This document shows, piece after piece, positions 40,086 through 46,558 of a stretch of 46,558 bases of DNA (the stretch's first letter is position 1; each line of letters opens with the position of its first letter). The DNA is taken from positions 1 to 46,558 of the forward strand of contig CAWAWS010000021.1 of the NCBI GenBank assembly GCA_963785725.1. The letters run 5' to 3'. Source of the DNA: an uncultured delta proteobacterium. Its GTDB lineage: Bacteria > Myxococcota_A > Polyangia > Palsa-1104. Under the pieces are notes generated by a model. The model was not told the DNA's origin. It worked only from the letters and a program-made list of their open reading frames with translations, and searched no databases. Made by a program: the position numbers and the translations under genes.

Positions 40086-40170
40086 GTACTAAAAGATAGC
40101 AGACGCCGCGTTTAGTCCAAGGTGATCTGAATCCACGGGCTCGCGGCGGGCTTCGCGCTACACTGAAAGC

Positions 40171-40809
40171 ATGTATCGCGATGACCGCGAGGCGTTGGTC
40201 AGCCGAGTCGAATCGCTCTCGAAGGTCGAAGCGCAGAACGAGGCGCTGAAGAAAGAGCTGCTCGAGCTGCGACGCGCGGTCGGCGCGAGCGCGATGGCCA
40301 ACGACCCCTATCGCGACGTCAGCGCCATCGGGCCGGCGGAGCGCGAGGTCTTGGGCGCGCATCAGCTGGAGTCGTTTCCCGTGTGGGCGGCGGGGCTGTT
40401 GCACCTGGCGACGTTCGGGCTCTTCCCGATCATCTTTTACGGCATTCAACAGGGTCGCATGCCGCGCGCCGCGCACGACGATCCGACGCCGGGCAAGGCG
40501 ATCGGCTTTCAGTTCATCCCCTTCTTCAACATCTACTGGATGTTCTTCAACAGCCTGCGCCTGTGCGATCGGGTGACGCTGCAGTATCGGCTGCGCGGTC
40601 GCCCCGAAGAGGGGCCGCGTGGGCTCGTCCTCGCCGCGTCGGTGTGCAGCGTCATGAGCCTCCTCGGCACCTTCATCTCGCTGTTCACGCTGTGGCCGAT
40701 CGCGACCTGCATGCTGCAGTATCGGATCAATCGGCTGGTCGAATTGGGGCCCATCGAGCCGGCCTTGGCGCTCGCCGAATCCGCGCCGCCGCAGTTGACC
40801 AGCGGCTGA
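40171..40809 (+). CDS. Hypothetical membrane protein (N-terminal coiled coil plus TM helices)
   Basis: Coiled-coil N-terminus, LATFGLFPIIF, FIPFFNIYWMF, LQYRINRL; GC3-rich codons. Confidence 0.7.
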   Translation: MYRDDREALVSRVESLSKVEAQNEALKKELLELRRAVGASAMANDPYRDVSAIGPAEREVLGAHQLESFPVWAAGLLHLATFGLFPIIFYGIQQGRMPRAAHDDPTPGKAIGFQFIPFFNIYWMFFNSLRLCDRVTLQYRLRGRPEEGPRGLVLAASVCSVMSLLGTFISLFTLWPIATCMLQYRINRLVELGPIEPALALAESAPPQLTSG

Positions 40810-41004
40810 GGCCGTTGTAACGGTCGACGCCGAATTTGTCGCGCCAGTACAGCTGATCTTCGCCGCGTGGTTGGGTGTAAGCGCCTCAGCCGCTGGGGAT
40901 TGCGGACCCGCGACGAAGGCCACGCCTGCGACAAATCGCCGCAGTTTCCCCGGCCGAAGCCGTAACGAATGTGAGGGTCACGACTGCGCATGCGTCGCGT
41001 GGCG

Positions 41005-41020
41005 TGGCGCACAGCGTGCA
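41005..41020 (+). promoter_or_regulatory. Putative sigma54 promoter of the PilZ gene
   Basis: TGGCGCACAGCGTGCA (GG-N10-GC). Upstream inverted pair ATTTGTCGC (40834-40842) / GCGACAAAT (40928-40936). Confidence 0.5.
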
Positions 41021-41032
41021 AAGCGCTCACGC

Positions 41033-43396
41033 ATGGTCGCTGTTGCATCACAGTTTCAGGAGTACGTCGAAGCGTCTCTTCCGCGAGTCATCTGGTGGAC
41101 CGGCGAAGCGGCGCCGAGCTCCGATTGGTCGACGGCCGGCGCGTGGGCCAAGGCCTTGGCGCCATATACCGTGCGCATCGTCAACGATCTGCCGTCGCTG
41201 CAGGAGGCCGCCGCCGAAGGGCGCGCCGACGTCATCATTACCGCGTGGCGCCGCGAGCTGCCGTCGCTGGCGTCGAAGCTGCCCTTGCCGACGCTGGTGC
41301 TCGGCGACGAATTGCCGGAGGCGCTCGTCGACGCCATCGCCGCCGGCGCGCCGCTGACGCATGTGGCGCTGCCCGCCTTGCTCGACGACGAGCTGCGCGG
41401 CCTGTCGCGCGCCTCGCGAGCGCTGGGCGTGCGCCATGCGTGCGAAGGCGCGACCGTCAGCTGGCGCGGCGCGCGCTCGCCGAGCACCGGCGCGCCCGTC
41501 GCCGACATGTCCTGCGACGGCATCGCCTTCATCGTCGAGGACGAAGACCTGGGCACGCTCTTGCCCGGCAGCGAATTGGGCGAGCTCGTCGTGCGCCGCG
41601 GCGACGTGATCGCCGTCAGCGGCGTGACCGCGCGCGTGCGCCACTTGGTGCCGCTCGAGCCGACCGGCCGCTATCGCGTCGGCTGCGCGCTCTCGGTGCA
41701 GCCGACTCCCGTGCCCGCGCCGTCGCTGATTCGCGATCGCGCGCTGTGCGCCGCGCTCATCAAGGCCGGCTTGCGCTTGGGGCTCATCATCGCGCCCATC
41801 GACGGCGCCAACGCGCCCGAATTGCAGCTGACCGAGGCGCGCCTCGACGTCGCCGCCGGCACCATCGTCGGGCAGACCGATCGCGACTTCGGCGAGCGTT
41901 CGATCGTGCGCGGCCGCTTCGAGGTCGCCGGCCGGCTCTATCGCTTCACCACCGTCGTCGTCGAGCGCGCGCCCAAGCTGACGTTGGCCTTGCCGGCGAC
42001 GCTGGAAGAATCGCAGCTGCGGGCGGCGGCGCGCCATCGCCCGTCGGCGCACGATCCGGTGCACGTCGAGCTGACGTCGCCCTTGGAAACGGGCGCGCCC
42101 ATGCAAAAGACGCTGGTCGACCTGTCGACGAGCGGCTTCTCGTTCACCATCGACGCCGAGCGCGAGCTGTTTCCGCTCGGCCTGCGCCTCGGCGTCACCC
42201 TCCGCCTCGGCGACGACGAGATTCACGGCACCGGCAGCGTGCGCACGTTCGTGCGCGCCGGCGGCCGCTTGCGCTGCGGCGTCGAGCTGACGCCGCTCGG
42301 GGAATCGCCGCACGCGCGGCTGTCGGACTTCCTCATGCGCCGCCGCTTCCCCGACGTGCAAGACGGCGGCGCCGTGCCGTTCCCCGAGCTGGCCGACTTC
42401 TTCCGCACCACCGGCTTTTTGTACCCGGCGAAGGAAGCGGTGTTGGCGCCGATCATGGATCAGGTGCAGCACACGTTCGAGACGCTGTACGCGCAGCCGT
42501 CGCGGCTGTTCAAGTCGGTGGTGGCGCGGCACGAAGGCGCGCTCGCCGGTCACGTCTCGAGCATTCGCGTCTATAACCGCACCTGGATGTCGCAACACTT
42601 GGCGGCGACGTCGTCACGGCACGTGTCGCACCTCTTGAACTTGGGCGCCGCCGAATACTTCGGGCAGAATCCCGACCTCGAGTACTTCAAGATCTTCTTT
42701 CAGCGGGAGATTCGCTGGCCGGCGCGCGTGTTCGGCGGCTTTGCGCGCACGCTGCGCGACACGCGCCAGTCGGACCTGCGCGAGCTGCGCCACGTGACCT
42801 TGTCGGCGGTCGAGCCGCTCGCCGACGCGGCGCCGAGCGACATCGAGGTCATGGAGGCCAGCGACGAGGATTTGGCGCTCGTCGAACGCCACTTCGTCGC
42901 CCGCGAGCCGTCGCTGGTGCTGCAGAGCGACGACCTGTTGCGCTCGACGTTGCGCTTGGCGCAGCTCAACAAGCAGTTCGCGCGCATGGGTCTCTATCGT
43001 CGCCGCCGCATCTTGTTGGCGATGAAGCGCGGCGTTTGCCTGGGATTCGCGATGGCCGAGGTCTCGTCGCCCGGTCTCAACTTGTCCGAGGCGCTGAGCA
43101 TGTTCCGCATTCACGTCACCAGCGACGGCGAAGCGACCGGCACCGCCGTGCGCTCGGCGCTCTTGCACGGCGTGCAGTCGCTCTATCGGCAGGCGGGACG
43201 CGCGTTCGCGGGCGGGCTCATCGGCGGCCACGAGGTCGACAGCTACTCGCGCCTCGGCGTCGAGCCCGACGACACCTGGCTCGTCTGGACCTGCCATCGC
43301 GCGCTCTATCCGCGCTTCTGCGACTACGTCGACCGGCTGTTCGACGTCTTGCGCCGCCGCAACAAGGGCAGCAACGACGTGCTCACGCCGCGCTGA
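41033..43396 (+). CDS. Multi-PilZ domain protein with GNAT-like C-terminus
   Basis: PilZ motifs DMSCDG and RAAAR ... DLSTSG; C-terminal SVVARHEGALAGHVSSIRVYNRTWMSQHLAA resembles an acetyltransferase fold. Confidence 0.75.
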   Translation: MVAVASQFQEYVEASLPRVIWWTGEAAPSSDWSTAGAWAKALAPYTVRIVNDLPSLQEAAAEGRADVIITAWRRELPSLASKLPLPTLVLGDELPEALVDAIAAGAPLTHVALPALLDDELRGLSRASRALGVRHACEGATVSWRGARSPSTGAPVADMSCDGIAFIVEDEDLGTLLPGSELGELVVRRGDVIAVSGVTARVRHLVPLEPTGRYRVGCALSVQPTPVPAPSLIRDRALCAALIKAGLRLGLIIAPIDGANAPELQLTEARLDVAAGTIVGQTDRDFGERSIVRGRFEVAGRLYRFTTVVVERAPKLTLALPATLEESQLRAAARHRPSAHDPVHVELTSPLETGAPMQKTLVDLSTSGFSFTIDAERELFPLGLRLGVTLRLGDDEIHGTGSVRTFVRAGGRLRCGVELTPLGESPHARLSDFLMRRRFPDVQDGGAVPFPELADFFRTTGFLYPAKEAVLAPIMDQVQHTFETLYAQPSRLFKSVVARHEGALAGHVSSIRVYNRTWMSQHLAATSSRHVSHLLNLGAAEYFGQNPDLEYFKIFFQREIRWPARVFGGFARTLRDTRQSDLRELRHVTLSAVEPLADAAPSDIEVMEASDEDLALVERHFVAREPSLVLQSDDLLRSTLRLAQLNKQFARMGLYRRRRILLAMKRGVCLGFAMAEVSSPGLNLSEALSMFRIHVTSDGEATGTAVRSALLHGVQSLYRQAGRAFAGGLIGGHEVDSYSRLGVEPDDTWLVWTCHRALYPRFCDYVDRLFDVLRRRNKGSNDVLTPR

Positions 43397-43402
43397 GAGA
43401 CG

Positions 43403-43636
43403 CTAAACGTGATAGAGCCCTTGGACTGCGAAGGGCTTCCACGTCCCGCCTTTGAACTGCGAGTCGGCCCACTTGCGCGCGGCGTCCGCGGTCACGAACG
43501 ACGACATCGGGATCGGATCGAGCCCCGGATCGTCTTTGCGACCGACGGCCCACGAGCTGTCGTTCTTGTCTTGATAGAGGATGACCTCGGAGCCCGCGTC
43601 ATCCTGCTTCGATTCGCGCAATCGGTAGACGGCCAT
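43403..43636 (-). CDS. Small hypothetical protein (77 aa)
   Basis: Fills the intergenic gap, has a globular composition, and TAAGCT lies 7 nt before its ATG. Confidence 0.6.
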   Translation of the reverse strand: MAVYRLRESKQDDAGSEVILYQDKNDSSWAVGRKDDPGLDPIPMSSFVTADAARKWADSQFKGGTWKPFAVQGLYHV

Positions 43637-43651
43637 GAGGCGCAGCTTACC

Positions 43652-46558
43652 TCAGAGGCCGGGCGCCAGCAGCGCCGTTTGACGCGCGGGATTGCCGATC
43701 TGCTGCGTGCGCATCCAGGCGTCGGCGGCGCTCGGGTCGAGCTCGCGGCGCGCGACCCAGGCAAAGAGGCGCATGCGCTGGCCGTCGAAGAGGCGCGCCG
43801 CTTCGGTCAACGCCGCGGCCGTCGCCGGCTCGTCGCCCGACTGGCGCGCGATGCCGGCGCGCAAGAGCAGCGCCAGCCCACGCGCCCAGGCCACGCCTTC
43901 GTGCTCCAGCTGACGCGCCGATTCGATGGCCGCGTGCAGGAGCGGCTTGGCGTCGCCGGGCACGAGCGCCGCCGCCGCCAGCGCCGCGCGCCCGCGCAGA
44001 CAATGGGCCTCGACGCGAACCACCTGCACGCGGAGAAACAGCGAACGCTGTAGCTCTCGCCACTGCGCGTTGACCCGCTGCCAGGCGGCCGCGCCGTCGC
44101 CGGCATAGAGGTCGGCGTTGGCCAGCGCGACCATGTGGTAGTAGTGCTGCGCGTGAAAGCCGCGGGGCTGCGGCGTCCATTGGCGCATGGCCGCGTCGGC
44201 GCGGCGGCGAGCGCCGTCGACGTCGTCGCCGGCCAGCGACGCGAAGCACAGCGCACGAATGCGCAGCGTCGTCGACGCGTACAGATCGCCGCGCTCTTCG
44301 ACCTCTTGGATGGCGGCCACGACATCGCGCTGCAAGGTCGCCAGCTCGCCCAAATAAAACAGCGCGTTCAGGCGGAACAGCTGCGCGGTCACGATCTCCC
44401 AGGCGACGCCGACGCAGCCTTCGCGGAACAGCCGATCGGCGGCTTCGCAGCGAGCCAGCGCTTCAGCCCAGCGGCCGGTCTGGTAGGCGGCGACGCCGGA
44501 GGCGATCTCGGCCATGCCGATGGCGTGCGGATGGCCGATGCGACGCGCCAGCTCCGTCGCCGCCGTCAAGAGCGACTGCGCGCGCGGCGCCGCTTTTTCG
44601 CCGGCCGTGGCCACCAGCGCGCCTTCGATCGCCAACGCGCGCGCGATGCGATAGGGCTCGCCGGCGTCGAGCGCGAGCAGGAGATGGCGCGCCTGAAAGT
44701 CGCTCGAGCGGATGGTGTCGACCATGCTCAGGCCCGTCGCCACCGACCAGCAGGTGTCGATCTTCGTCAGCTTGTCGGCGGAGAGCTGGCCTTCGGAGCG
44801 CTCCTTGAACTTCAAGCCGCGCAGGCGAATCCGCGCGCGATGCCACAACAGCGACGACAGCGCGCGCGCCGGCGTGTCCGCCAGCTGCATGCCGACGGCG
44901 CCGAGGACGGTGCGCAGCGCGTCCAAGCCTTCGTCGACGTGGCCCGAGCGCAACAGCTGCTCGGCGGCGCGGCGGCGCAGGTCGAGCGCTTCGGTCGACG
45001 AGGCGTCGGCGGCGGCCTCGGCGTAGATGATCGGCGGCTTCGGCGCCGCGACCGGCGTTGGCCAGCGCGTCGCCGCGCTTGACGCGCAGGTCGCGATCGT
45101 CGCGATCGCGCGTCAGGACCGAGCGTCGAGGCACTCGCCGATAGAGCTCGCGCCGCGCGATCGAAGGCCAGCGCGCGCGCCGCCTTCTCCGCCGCCTGCG
45201 CCGCGTAGCCGGCCGCGCGCGCTCGCATCGCCGGCCTCACGCCAATGGCGCGGCAGCGCTTCCGGGTCGGCGTGCTCGGCCGCCTCCAGCGCCAGCGCCA
45301 TGCGCTCGATGCTGCGCGCGCGCTTGCACCGGCTGCAGATGCGCGCGGACCGCGGCGCGCACGCGATCGTGATACGGCTCGATGGAGTCGGACGCCGCGC
45401 GTGCCGCGTGGTGCGCACGAGGTGGGCCGCGCGCAGCATGCGCGACGAGCCGCGAGAACGTCGCCGGCGTCGCAGCGTGGCCGCGTTGCATGGCGGTCTC
45501 CTGCACGAGCGACCGCCGGCCAGCGCCATCAGCTCGAGCAGCGACGCGCGCCGGCGGCTCCGAGCTGCTGAATGCGCGCCCACAGCGCGTCCTCGAGGTG
45601 CAAGCGGCTGGCGGCGCGCCCGAGCAGCTGTGGCGCACCAGCTCGTCGATGAACAGCGGATGGCCGCCGCGCCTCCTGCGGCGATGGCGCGCGGTCGAGC
45701 GTCGCGTCGGCCGGCGGCGCGCGCGCGAGCAGCGGCGCGCCAGCGTCGCGCGCTTCGTCCGGCGGCGAGCATCGCGCAGCGGCAGCCGCGCGCACGTCGC
45801 CGGGCAGCCGCGCCGACGCAGTCTGCGCCGGCCGCGCATCGCCGGCGCCGTCGGTCGCGCACCGTCGCGACGAGCAGCAGCGCCGGCGCGTCCGGCGGCC
45901 GCATGACCTCGGCGAGGAGCGCCAGGCTGTCGGCGTCGGCCCACTGCAAGTCGTCGATGACGAGGACCAGCGGGTGACGCTCGCGCGAGCCGCCGAGCAG
46001 CTCGCGCAGCGCGCGCGAAGAGCGCGGGCGCGCAGCTCGTGCGGCTCGCGCGACGCGTCCGGCGGCGGCGACGCGTCGGCGAACGGCCTCACGCGCGCAG
46101 CACCGGGAACACCTGCGCCAAGCAGCGCCGCCTGCGCGCGGCATGATCGCCGGCGATCTCGCTCCGGCCAGCGCGCACGAGATAGCGGCTGAGCGCGTCG
46201 ATGACGCCGTCGAACGCCTTGTACGGCACGCTCTCGCGCTCGTAGCAGCGGCCGCGCAGAGCACGACGACCTCGCGCTCCTCCGCTTCGAAGAGCTCGCG
46301 TGAAGCGCCGCACGAGCGCGCTCTTGCCGACGCCCGACTCGCCCTGGACGAGCACCGTGACCGCGCGCGCTGCGCGCGCGTCGGCGAAGGCGTGCGCGCA
46401 GCGCGTCGAGCTCGCGTCGCGCGGCCGACGAACGGCGCCGTCTGCGTCAGCGACTGCGACGGCCGATGCGACGACTGCTGCACGCCGAGGCGATGCAAGA
46501 TCTCCGGTCCCGTCGGCCGTTCGCTCGGCTCGAAGCGCAAGAGATCGAGGCACAAGTT
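43652..46558 (-). CDS. Ser/Thr kinase-AAA ATPase-helical repeat protein (5' part outside the window; many frameshifts in about 45000-46558)
   Basis: Fragments in several frames: kinase tail [15 protein letters not shown], Walker [20 protein letters not shown], Walker [26 protein letters not shown]. Intact TPR-like C-terminus at 43652-44953. Confidence 0.85.

Noticed and set aside
40130..40142. AATCCACGGGCTC resembling the tRNA-Lys 3' end (possible attR)
   Set aside because: Needs two gaps to align, is short, and no integrase lies between it and the tRNA.

Overview
A high-GC (roughly 70%) bacterial chromosomal segment. The gene content suggests Myxococcota/Polyangia: Ser/Thr kinase-AAA-TPR protein, PilZ-GNAT protein, Gly/Pro-linker lipoprotein, N-terminally extended LepB and several hybrid histidine kinases. 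This taxonomy is inference. The window holds about 31 protein genes and one tRNA-Lys(TTT), with no recognisable mobile element or CRISPR array. Main blocks: (1) a GH18-deacetylase-GT2 fusion whose catalytic motifs are degenerate in all three domains; (2) MBL hydrolase, DUF2252 and DUF169; (3) a DNA-repair/stress block (long Lhr + Nei, DUF952, OsmC, CPA2 antiporter + transglutaminase-like protein, LepB, LigD without an adjacent Ku) followed by two hybrid kinases; (4) a duplicated Spy/CpxP-like protein with an OmpR/HK pair; (5) KirBac + SDR, an alpha-2-macroglobulin and tRNA-Lys; (6) accessory genes ending in a truncated kinase-ATPase gene. Single-base insertions break lhr and one kinase, and the last ~1.5 kb has many frameshifts; these are most likely sequencing errors. 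The most notable observations are the triple pseudo-enzyme fusion and a repeated leaderless-type promoter layout (TAnnnT 6-9 nt before start codons, plus sigma54-like boxes next to start codons). All product calls come from motif recognition by eye; no database search was run.
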